Position numbers and translations under genes: made by a program. The notes under the pieces were generated by a model. That model made no database searches and was not told the origin of the DNA. It saw nothing but the letters and a program-made list of their open reading frames with translations. A stretch of 47,573 bases of DNA from assembly GCA_964411395.1 (NCBI GenBank), contig CAYPKX010000005.1, positions 2,958 to 50,530 on the forward strand, in the 5' to 3' direction. Positions 25,730 through 34,225 of this stretch are shown here, in pieces. The stretch comes from an uncultured Eubacteriales bacterium (GTDB taxonomy: Bacteria; Acidobacteriota; Aminicenantia; Aminicenantales; UBA4085). Position 1 is the first letter of the stretch, and each line of letters starts with the position of its first letter.

Positions 25730-26886
25730 TTCCCTTTCAAGGCGTCGGTCGGTTTCAGAGTGACGATTTTCCTTGTGGGGATGAAGCTGACGACCGTGGT
25801 TGCGGCCAGGACGATCAGGATTGTCATGATGACCAGGCCGAGACTGTAAGCCGGATAAAGGGCCTGGTTGAGGGCCAGTCCGAAGCTGTCCGCCTGCCCG
25901 GCGGGGAGAACCCAGCCGTGTTTGGCCATGTAGATTAAAAGCGGCAAACCGTAAACGGCGCCGACGGCGGCCGCCAGGAAAGACAGCATCGAACCCTCCA
26001 GGGTGAAGAGCCCGATCACCCGGGCCCGGGGCATCCCCAGAGCGATGAGCGTCCCGATCTCCCGACGGCGGTGCCAGATCGACAGGATCTGGGTGTTGAA
26101 AATAGCCAGCAGGGCCATGGCCATCAGGGTGATGTAGAAAATGGAAAATCCCAGGGATTTGGCCTGGACGAAGCTCTTGATATCCTTGAGGAGAACATCA
26201 TGTCCTTGAAAGGTCCAGCCGGCGTGCGTCCCCGGGATTGACCCCTCGGGGACGGTGATGATGGTCGCCTGGTTCGTTCTCCCCGTCATCTGTTGAAGAC
26301 GGGCGAGAGGAATCCAAATTTGCCCGGCGTCCACCGTCTGGACCTGGGATCGAAAAATATCGACGATCTCGATATCGGCGGCGTCGAATGTCCCGGAGGC
26401 ATCCCGCCAACGAACGGTCACCGCGTCGCCGACAGACAGGCCGGCGCTTTTGGCCATGCGGGCTCCGATCAATCCGGGGATGTCGGCGCCGTTTCCGCCG
26501 CGAAGCCGGTCGAAGGGAAGTTGAAGAACGGATTGGGCCGGATCGATCCCCTTGAGTGAAATCGAAACCATCCGGCCCTTGGGATAGATCGTTCCGGGAA
26601 CCATCAGAATCGGCGCTGTCCGTCCGTCCGCCGCCAGTTCGGCGGGGATCGGAGCCGGGGCTTCATCGAGGGAGGTCGGATCGTAAGGATCATATGTCCC
26701 CGCCCAGTACTGGCCGCCTCCGGCTTCCTGGTCGATCGTGGCTTTGGACATCTCCTTGTCCATTCCCTCGAACAGGCTTTGTCCCCAGATGATGGCGACG
26801 AAGGAAAAGGACAGGACCAGGGCGTTGAGCCACGTTTTGGCTCCGTTTCCGATCAAGTTGCGGAGGGCGAGCTTGGGGATGATCAT
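25720..26886 (-). CDS. ABC transporter permease, FtsX/MacB-type
   Basis: 388 aa with the same architecture. FtsX-like motif RRREIGTLIALGMPRARV. N-terminus LALRNLIGNGAKTWLNALVLSF. Confidence 0.8.
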   Translation of the reverse strand: MIIPKLALRNLIGNGAKTWLNALVLSFSFVAIIWGQSLFEGMDKEMSKATIDQEAGGGQYWAGTYDPYDPTSLDEAPAPIPAELAADGRTAPILMVPGTIYPKGRMVSISLKGIDPAQSVLQLPFDRLRGGNGADIPGLIGARMAKSAGLSVGDAVTVRWRDASGTFDAADIEIVDIFRSQVQTVDAGQIWIPLARLQQMTGRTNQATIITVPEGSIPGTHAGWTFQGHDVLLKDIKSFVQAKSLGFSIFYITLMAMALLAIFNTQILSIWHRRREIGTLIALGMPRARVIGLFTLEGSMLSFLAAAVGAVYGLPLLIYMAKHGWVLPAGQADSFGLALNQALYPAYSLGLVIMTILIVLAATTVVSFIPTRKIVTLKPTDALKGKWS

Positions 26887-26896
26887 AGCCGCCTCC

Positions 26897-27595
26897 TTAC
26901 CCGGCGATCGCCTCGTCGGCGGCGACTCGGCCGTCGATCAAGGTGATCTTCCGCCTCAGGTGCTGGATGACTTTGGCGTCGTGGGTGGAAAACAGAAAGG
27001 TCGTTCCGAGATGGCGGTTGATGTCTTCCATGGTGTGAAGAATGTGGTGGGAATTTTCGGCGTCGAGGTTGGCCGTGGGTTCATCGGCTAAAACCAGGTC
27101 CGGTTTCTTGACGACCGCCCGGGCGATGGCCACTCGCTGGCTTTGACCGCCTGAGAGCTGGGCCGGCCGGGAGTGCTCCCGGTCGGCCAGGCCGACCCAG
27201 GACAGGGCTTCCCGGACGGCTTTGCGCCTTTCCGCGGCCGTCAGGCCCAGAAGGAGGAGCGGAAACTCCACGTTTTCATAAACCGTGTAGACCGGCAGGA
27301 GGTTGAACGTTTGGAAAATGAAGCCGAGGTGGCGGTTGCGAAGCCGGGCGGCCTTTTTATGGGAGAGCGTCTCGATTTTCTCTCCCAGGACTTCGACGCT
27401 TCCGGAGGTCGGCAGGTCGAGCGAGCCGATGATATTCAGCAGGGTCGTCTTTCCCGAGCCGCTGGGGCCGACGAGCCCGGCAAACTCTCCCGAGCCGAAG
27501 GAAAGGTTGACGTCGCGAAGGGCGGCGATCGGCTGCTCTCCGGACGGGTAGATTTTGGTCAGGTTTACGGTCTTGATCAAGGGAGATGTGTTCAT
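26897..27595 (-). CDS. ABC transporter ATP-binding protein (LolD/MacB-like)
   Basis: 232 aa. Walker A GPSGSGKTT, Q-loop, signature LSGGQSQR, Walker B LVLADEPT, H-loop STHD. Confidence 0.9.
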   Translation of the reverse strand: MNTSPLIKTVNLTKIYPSGEQPIAALRDVNLSFGSGEFAGLVGPSGSGKTTLLNIIGSLDLPTSGSVEVLGEKIETLSHKKAARLRNRHLGFIFQTFNLLPVYTVYENVEFPLLLLGLTAAERRKAVREALSWVGLADREHSRPAQLSGGQSQRVAIARAVVKKPDLVLADEPTANLDAENSHHILHTMEDINRHLGTTFLFSTHDAKVIQHLRRKITLIDGRVAADEAIAG

Positions 27596-27613
27596 GGGAT
27601 GATTTCCTTGAGG

Positions 27614-28882
27614 TCAATGATTCCAGACGACCAGGAGATAGACTCCCCGGCCGCCGAAGAGATTCGATCCGGACGAGAGGCCGTAGAGGCCGTACGTTTC
27701 CGGATTCCAGAAAGCGATGATGTTGAAACTCCAGCGGTCGGTTGTCCTCTGCCATGTCAGGAGGCGGTACCATTCCCCGCCGGACCAGTCGTGAAAGACC
27801 ACGGCCCGGATCCGGTCCAGGAGACCCAGCGGATAGTCGAGGGAAACGGCGCTGAGCGACCGGCTCAGGCCGCGTTCCCCAAGCTCCAGGGAGGATTGGA
27901 AGATCAGATGCTCGGCCAGAACGGTCAGGCCATGGCCCAGACCGAAGGTGTTTTCCGCACCGAGGTTGAGGGCTTTTTGAAAGCGGTAGGGAGAGACGGC
28001 GAAATCCTGAGTCGTTAAGACCGCTTCGAACCAGACCCCCGGCCCGAGGTCCCAATAGCCGTCCAAACCCAGCCGCGTCTCCGGAACGCTCGGGGACTCC
28101 TCGGGGGCGGCCGGCAGAAAGCCGCCGAAGGCATCCAACCGGCGCCGGTGGAAGGTGACGGCCAGCTCGCCGCCCAGCGCCGGAACCTGGGCCCTCCCGC
28201 CGAACTCGAAGGAGGCGTCGCCGCGGGTCGGGAATGATTCCCAGCCCTTGCGTTCGTGATTTCCGGTCAGGCCCCAACCCCAGATCGAGGCGTTGTTTTG
28301 AAAGGTGTATTTCAGGAGCAGGCCGGTCACGCCGTCGGTCAATTGAAGAGGATCGTTGGGATCGATCCGGTCAAACCACATCAGGGGACGAAGGAGCCGG
28401 GCCGAGCCGAATTCGATTTTCTGAAGCCCCAGACGGGCTTCGAACCGGTCGGTCATCATCCGCACCCAGGCCCGGTAGGGCTCAACCTCGGTTCGACGCG
28501 AACCCCAACCGTCGGAGAAGTCGACGGTAAAATAGGCGTTGGCCGACGCCTCGAGGTCGAAAGACCAATTCGTCCCGACGGGCATCTTGAGAGAAAACTC
28601 CGGAATGTAACGAAGCCCGGTCGGAAGGCCGCGGCCTTTTTCAAACGGGATCGTAAGCCAGGCCGAAAGCTGTCCCCGAAGGTCGGTTTCCTGGGCCGAA
28701 AGCGCCGGCCGCCCGGCGAGGAAAAACAGCGAGAGAACGGCCGCGATCCGGACGGTCCGGAGCGAGTTCGCTCCCGCGGGAAATTTCGAGCTCATGGGGA
28801 AAAGCATGAACCCGAAGCGGCGGAAAATCAAGCGGCCGCGTCGACAGAACGCCGGTCCGGCGGCGGTTGTCTTTCCGCTCAT
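27614..28882 (-). CDS. Putative outer-membrane beta-barrel protein, first gene of the ABC/LolA-like operon
   Basis: 422-aa ORF. Signal-like segment VRIAAVLSLFFLAGRPALSAQE. Alternating hydrophobic/polar beta-strand pattern rich in aromatics and Gly (WSFDLEASANAYFTVDF, LLLKYTFQNNASIWGWGL). The start is uncertain: ATG 28882 has a GGAG upstream, and alternatives exist at 28807 and 28795. No family recognised. Confidence 0.45.
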   Translation of the reverse strand: MSGKTTAAGPAFCRRGRLIFRRFGFMLFPMSSKFPAGANSLRTVRIAAVLSLFFLAGRPALSAQETDLRGQLSAWLTIPFEKGRGLPTGLRYIPEFSLKMPVGTNWSFDLEASANAYFTVDFSDGWGSRRTEVEPYRAWVRMMTDRFEARLGLQKIEFGSARLLRPLMWFDRIDPNDPLQLTDGVTGLLLKYTFQNNASIWGWGLTGNHERKGWESFPTRGDASFEFGGRAQVPALGGELAVTFHRRRLDAFGGFLPAAPEESPSVPETRLGLDGYWDLGPGVWFEAVLTTQDFAVSPYRFQKALNLGAENTFGLGHGLTVLAEHLIFQSSLELGERGLSRSLSAVSLDYPLGLLDRIRAVVFHDWSGGEWYRLLTWQRTTDRWSFNIIAFWNPETYGLYGLSSGSNLFGGRGVYLLVVWNH

Positions 28883-28955
28883 GCTCCGCTCCGCGTTCGG
28901 CGCCGCGGCGAAGCGCGATGATTTGCCGGCCGAAAATTCGTCGCGTAAACGAAAT

Positions 28956-31205
28956 TTATTCGGGCGATGTTTTTCCGTAAAACTCCCAGGCCAGGGGCAT
29001 TTCGGGCGAGAGCCTGGTGCCGTTCAGGGCGAGCCGGACCAGCGGGAACGGCATGCTCCCCATTTCGATGACCGCATCGTTGAAGGCCTTGAGGGACATG
29101 GTCCCCGATTCCACCAGCTCCCGGTTGATTTGGCGGAGCTGGAGGGCGCCGAGCTGGTAGGCGGCCTGGTAGAGCGGGCCGTACCCGCCGGCAAACGACC
29201 GCCGGACTTCGCCGATCGCGTTTTCGCGCTCGAAGTTGACCTTGTCGACGAGATAGTCGATGCATTCCTGGGCCGACCATTCCCCGAGGTGATACTTGAG
29301 GGAGAAGACGATCCGGGCGCAGCGGTGCATCCGCCAGAAGAGCGCCCCGATCTTCCTTTCGGGCGTGTCGTGGAAACCAAGGTCGTACATCAGCATTTCC
29401 CAATAGAGGCACCAGCCCTCGCCCCAGAACGAAGAGGAGGCGATGGGGCTGCGAAAGGTCGAGTAGCGCTGCGACATGTACGATTGCATGTTATGTCCGG
29501 GGATCATCTCGTGAAAGGCCGTGGCGTGGGAGATCGGGAGGCTGTTTCCCCGCATGCTCTCGAGCTTTTGTTTCGTCGTCATCGTGTCGGTGGGATAGGA
29601 GACGCTGATCAAGGCGCCGCCGGTGAAGAACGGGTTGACCTGTTGGCGTTCCGGCGACATCATCTCCATCCGCATCGTCTCATTCTCGATTTCCGGAACG
29701 GTGATCAAGTCCCTGGTCCGGAGGTAAGCCACGGCCTCGCGAAGAAGATCGCGAATTCCGTCGGGCTGGCCTCCCGGGGGGACGTGCATATCCTTGACCT
29801 TCTCCTGGGCTTGTTTCCATTCCCTTCCAAAACCCATCGCCTCGGAGGCCTTGATCATTTCGGCTTCGCACCAGGCATATTCGCGGAGCCCGATATCGAT
29901 GAGTTGTTCGGGCGTGTAGGGAATCATCTCATCGAACAAGTCCTGGAGCAGGCCCTCCCGGCCGATGGGCCGGCCGGAGATCCCGCTCGAGTCCGGTTTG
30001 GCCCGGGGACCGGGAGCCGCCGGATGCTCCAGGCGGCGGATGCGTCCGTCCAGGGAATGGCGAAGAGAAAGATACGTGATTTGAGCCGGGCGGCTGAGGC
30101 GGTCGAAGTCGAGCTTTTTCAGAGCCGTAAGCCACGACGTCCATAATTCTTTTGTCGGCGCGGGAGCGGCGGTTTGCGCGGCTGCGGGCGGCGCAGGCGT
30201 TGCGGAAGCCGCGGATGCGGCGGGGGAAGGCGCGCCGGCGGCCGGCCGGCCGCGCTCTCCCGTTCCCCGGGAGCGGCCGCTTCGCGAGGGATTGAGGAGC
30301 TTGGCGATTTCGCGCATTTCGTCCTGGGGGAGGCGGAGCAGCCGGTCGAGATCCGGAACTTCGTTGAAGGGAGGCGCCGGTGCAGGCTCGAAATCTTTGG
30401 CTGCCTTCGCCCCGGCCTGGGGATCGGCCGGCGCGGAAGCGGCGAACTTTTCCCGGAGGAAGACCGCATACTCCTTCAGGACCGCCTCAGCCTCTTCGTA
30501 CGGCTGGGCCATCCACCAGGTGAACAGCGGGTCATAACCGTTATAGAAATGGTGCCAGGCCTGAAGCGCCCGGCCAAGGGCCTCGACGGCGCTTGCGGCC
30601 TGCTCGATCCCGGCTTTGGATACGGCCGGCGGAGCCGAGGCGAAAGCCGCTTGCGCGGTTCGGATCCGGTCGATCGTGCCGGACAGGATGACGGCCGCTC
30701 GTTTGGCGTCCATGGATTCCATCCGCAACCGGGCTTCTTCCAATCCCTGGATGTCCGGAGCGAAAGGAATGAGCGGGGCGATTTCGGCGGCGGCGGCCGC
30801 GTCGAATCCCAGCGTCCGGATGTTTTCCGAAATAACCGCTTTGAGCTTCCGGAGATCGAGGCGGGCGGTTCGGCCGAGCTTGGCGGCATCCAGCTTTTCG
30901 AGGGCGGCGGACCAATCCAAGTCGAAACGCTTGAGACGGGCGAAGCGGGTCGGAGAAGGAAGATAATAAAAACGGCTCAACGCCTCCCGGTCGGCTTCGT
31001 ATCGTTGAAGGATGGGGAGCATCTCGCTTTGCCGGGGCGCGAGCAGGGCCTTGAGGTTCGCCGGGGCTTTTTGGGCCTGGGGCGCCTGGACGTCGCGAGG
31101 GAAGGGGCTCTGGCTTGCGGCCGGGGCCGGGCCGAAGGCGACAATCCATCCGAAGACAGCCGGAATGAGAAAACGGGACATTTTCGAAGGAGAGGCGGTT
31201 TTCAT
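28956..31205 (-). CDS. DUF885-family protein (putative secreted metallo-hydrolase-like)
   Basis: The ATG at 31205 (SD AAGGAGG upstream) gives the signal peptide MKTASPSKMSRFLIPAVFGWIVAFGPAPAASQ. The C-terminal half carries the DUF885 hallmark HEMIPGHNMQ and EGWCLYWE. An internal Ala/Pro/Ser low-complexity insert is present. Confidence 0.75.
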   Translation of the reverse strand: MKTASPSKMSRFLIPAVFGWIVAFGPAPAASQSPFPRDVQAPQAQKAPANLKALLAPRQSEMLPILQRYEADREALSRFYYLPSPTRFARLKRFDLDWSAALEKLDAAKLGRTARLDLRKLKAVISENIRTLGFDAAAAAEIAPLIPFAPDIQGLEEARLRMESMDAKRAAVILSGTIDRIRTAQAAFASAPPAVSKAGIEQAASAVEALGRALQAWHHFYNGYDPLFTWWMAQPYEEAEAVLKEYAVFLREKFAASAPADPQAGAKAAKDFEPAPAPPFNEVPDLDRLLRLPQDEMREIAKLLNPSRSGRSRGTGERGRPAAGAPSPAASAASATPAPPAAAQTAAPAPTKELWTSWLTALKKLDFDRLSRPAQITYLSLRHSLDGRIRRLEHPAAPGPRAKPDSSGISGRPIGREGLLQDLFDEMIPYTPEQLIDIGLREYAWCEAEMIKASEAMGFGREWKQAQEKVKDMHVPPGGQPDGIRDLLREAVAYLRTRDLITVPEIENETMRMEMMSPERQQVNPFFTGGALISVSYPTDTMTTKQKLESMRGNSLPISHATAFHEMIPGHNMQSYMSQRYSTFRSPIASSSFWGEGWCLYWEMLMYDLGFHDTPERKIGALFWRMHRCARIVFSLKYHLGEWSAQECIDYLVDKVNFERENAIGEVRRSFAGGYGPLYQAAYQLGALQLRQINRELVESGTMSLKAFNDAVIEMGSMPFPLVRLALNGTRLSPEMPLAWEFYGKTSPE

Positions 31206-31425
31206 CGTGGCCTCCTTGTTATGACTCCCACCTAAAATATCACATATCTTAATCCTCGATATAGAAATTTTTTCCCCGGACAATTTGCGAGTCGAGACGG
31301 CCCCGACACCTTCTCAACCAAAAAGAAAAGAGAAGGGACTCAATCGGGATATCCGGCGAGGAGATGCCGGTTTGGGAGTTGACCGAATGCGCTTCGAAGG
31401 ATCCGCATCCGGGAAAAACCCGAAC

Positions 31426-32598
31426 TCACCACGAGCCGCGGATAAATCGCTCGAAAACGGAGACGGCCGATTCGATCGGCGCTCCGGCTGCGGCCCGCTC
31501 GCTGTACCGCGTTCCTCCATCCCGGGCGACGCCGGGACCGCAGACGGCATAAGGGATCGGCCCGCCGGCGTGGGTTTTGCTGGCCAGCTTGGTTTCATGG
31601 TCGGGAGCGACGATGATCCGGACATCCGGCTTGCCGGCCGCCCAGAACAGGATTTCGCCGACAATGTTCAGGTCGAATTCCTCGATGGCCTGGATCTTCT
31701 TGGACAGGTCGCCTTCGTGGCTGGTTTCGTCGGGCGCTTCGACATGGAGATAGATAAAGTCTTCCTCGGCTAAAGCGGCTTTGGCCGCCTCGATTTTTCC
31801 GGCATAATTCGTTCCGAGATATCCGGTCGCTCCAGGAACCAACCGGACTTTAAGACCGGCCAGGATGCCGAGGCCGCGGACGAGGTCGACGGCTGAAATG
31901 ACCGAACCCCTCAAACCGAAACGTTGCTCCAGTGTTTCGAGCTTCATTGCCCGGCCCTGGCCCCAGGGCCAGATATCGGTCGCCGGAGTCGTCCGCTTCC
32001 GGTTGATTTCGTTCGCGGCCAGGACCGGTCGCGCTTTTTCCATCAGGTCGAGAATGATGTCCCGGCCCGCGCCTTTCGGAAGATGGGGAAGCCATTCCTG
32101 TCCCGAGATGTCATGGGGCGGAGTGCAGTCCAGTCCGGCCGGAAAATCCTTGATGATTAAAAGATGCCGGTAACTGATGCCCGGGACGAACCGGAAGCGT
32201 TCCGTTCCCAGGGCGGCCTGGAGTTCGCGCATCATCGGTTGGGATTCTTCCGTCTTAATGTGGCCGGCTGAATAATCGGCCATCCGCTCGCCGCCCAGAG
32301 TGACCAGGTTGCAGCGGAAGGCGGTGTCCTCCGGGGCGAGAGAAACGCCGATGCTGGCCGCTTCGATCGGTCCGCGGCCCTGGTAGTTGGCCGAGGCGTC
32401 ATATCCCATGAGCGAGAGATTGGCCACATCGCTGCCGGGCGGGAGTCCCGTCGGGACGGTCAGAATCCGCCCGATCCGGCCGTCGGCGGCGATCCTGTCC
32501 ATGTTCGGAGTGGAAGCCGCTTCCAGCGGGGTTTTCCCGCCGAGGGCGGGCTGGGGGTCATCGGCCATGCCGTCGCCGACCAGAAAAATGTATTTCAC
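31426..32598 (-). CDS. Cofactor-independent phosphoglycerate mutase-like metalloenzyme (ApgM type); 'proposed homoserine kinase' subgroup by context
   Basis: 390 aa. N-terminus MKYIFLVGDGMADDP, TPNMDRIA and GSDVANLSLMGYD are typical of the archaeal-type iPGM family. Starts 11 nt downstream of the thrC stop. Confidence 0.8.
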   Translation of the reverse strand: MKYIFLVGDGMADDPQPALGGKTPLEAASTPNMDRIAADGRIGRILTVPTGLPPGSDVANLSLMGYDASANYQGRGPIEAASIGVSLAPEDTAFRCNLVTLGGERMADYSAGHIKTEESQPMMRELQAALGTERFRFVPGISYRHLLIIKDFPAGLDCTPPHDISGQEWLPHLPKGAGRDIILDLMEKARPVLAANEINRKRTTPATDIWPWGQGRAMKLETLEQRFGLRGSVISAVDLVRGLGILAGLKVRLVPGATGYLGTNYAGKIEAAKAALAEEDFIYLHVEAPDETSHEGDLSKKIQAIEEFDLNIVGEILFWAAGKPDVRIIVAPDHETKLASKTHAGGPIPYAVCGPGVARDGGTRYSERAAAGAPIESAVSVFERFIRGSW

Positions 32599-32609
32599 GG
32601 AGGGTCCTT

Positions 32610-34100
32610 TCAGGCTCGATTCTTGACGCCTTCGGCAAATCCGATGACGGCTTCGCGCATCTGGGAGATCGAGAGAACGCCTTCATGGAGAACCCGGCGT
32701 TCCTGGAGCCCGCGAACGGCCCGGTGGGCGGGTTCTTTGGCGATTTCGCTCAACAGGTCGATGGCCTTGAACTCGTCCGGCTCGGTTTTCCCGGTGATCG
32801 CGGCGTAGACGTCTCCGGAAAATTTGAACGGGCTGGCCGTCGAGGCGATGATCACGGCCGGGCCGTCCTTGGGGCCGGCATCCCGGGAAACGGCTGAAGC
32901 GACCGCGGTGTGGGTGTCGATGACCTTGCCCGTTTCCTCGTAAACTTTTTTGATCTCGGCGAAAACCCGGGGCTCGTCGGCCCAGCCGGGGATGACGAGC
33001 TCGTCGATCGCTTTCTTCGTGTCGGCGTCGACCTCGAATCGCCCGGTCCGGAAGCGGTCCAGGAACCAGGGTTTGATCCGTTCGGCGTCCCGCCCGGCGA
33101 TTTCGAACAGGAACCTCTCCAGGTTGGAGGAGATCAGGATGTCCATTGAGGGCGAGGACGTCCGGTAGAATTCGCGGTGGGTGTCGTAAACGCCGGTCCG
33201 GAAAAAATCGGTCAGGATGTTGTTCCTGTTGGAAGCGCAGAAAAGCTTCCGGACGGGCAGGCCCATGGCCCGGGCATACCAGGCGGCCAGAATGTTGCCG
33301 AAATTGCCCGTGGGGACGCAAAGATCGACCTCGTCGCCCGTCTTGATCTCGCCCCGGGCAACCAGAAGCGCGTATGCCCGGACGTAATACACGACTTGCG
33401 GCGCGAGCCGGCCCCAGTTGATCGAATTGCCGGTCGAGAGCTTGATCTCCAGTCCGGCCAGGTAGTCGCGGAGATTCGTATCCATGAACAGGGCTTTGAC
33501 TCCGGTCTGGCAGTCGTCGAAATTTCCCCGAACCGCGAAGACCTTCGTGTTCCGGCCTTCGGTCGTGGCCATCTGGAGCCGCTGGACTTCGCTGACGCCG
33601 CCGTGGGGGTAGAAGACGACGATCGAGATGCCGTCGGCGTTTTTATAACCCTCCAGGGCGGCTTTGCCCGTGTCGCCGGAGGTGGCGACCAGGATGAGGG
33701 TATGGGTTTTGTCGCCGGTCAGGGTTTTCGCCGTGTTGGTCAGGTGCGGCATCAGCTGCAGGGCGAGATCCTTGAAGGCGGCCGTCGGCCCGTGGTAGAG
33801 CTCGAGGAGGAAGCGGCGCCGTCCGACGGGGGTGAGGGCAACCACGTCGGGCGTATGGAAGTTGTCCGCGTTGTAGGCCTTACGGAGACAGGCGTCGAGA
33901 ACGTCCGGCGCAAAATCGGTAAAATAAGCGGCCATGATCCGCCGGGCGGTTTCCAGGTAATTCGGCCGGGATAATGTATCCGGTTCGAGCTTCGGAAGAA
34001 ATTCGGGAACGAAGAGGCCGCCGCGGGGGACCATTCCCAGGAGAACCGCTTCCGACGCCGAAGCAAAGGGGTGATTGGCATGGGTGCCGATGTAGCGCAT
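32610..34100 (-). CDS. thrC: Threonine synthase (long form with N-terminal domain)
   Basis: 496 aa. Thr_synth_N-like start (GMVPRGGLFVPE), PLP-lysine motif GPTAAFKDLALQ, and SGDTGKAA. Confidence 0.9.
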   Translation of the reverse strand: MRYIGTHANHPFASASEAVLLGMVPRGGLFVPEFLPKLEPDTLSRPNYLETARRIMAAYFTDFAPDVLDACLRKAYNADNFHTPDVVALTPVGRRRFLLELYHGPTAAFKDLALQLMPHLTNTAKTLTGDKTHTLILVATSGDTGKAALEGYKNADGISIVVFYPHGGVSEVQRLQMATTEGRNTKVFAVRGNFDDCQTGVKALFMDTNLRDYLAGLEIKLSTGNSINWGRLAPQVVYYVRAYALLVARGEIKTGDEVDLCVPTGNFGNILAAWYARAMGLPVRKLFCASNRNNILTDFFRTGVYDTHREFYRTSSPSMDILISSNLERFLFEIAGRDAERIKPWFLDRFRTGRFEVDADTKKAIDELVIPGWADEPRVFAEIKKVYEETGKVIDTHTAVASAVSRDAGPKDGPAVIIASTASPFKFSGDVYAAITGKTEPDEFKAIDLLSEIAKEPAHRAVRGLQERRVLHEGVLSISQMREAVIGFAEGVKNRA

Positions 34101-34225
34101 GGTCGCCTCGATTCCGAAACGTTGGGATGCTGTCCGATGTTATCCAATCGTCCCGAGAGGTGTCAAATGGGAGTGCGCGGACCGGTTCCGTGATAGAATA
34201 AAACAATCGACCAGGAGGACCGCCC

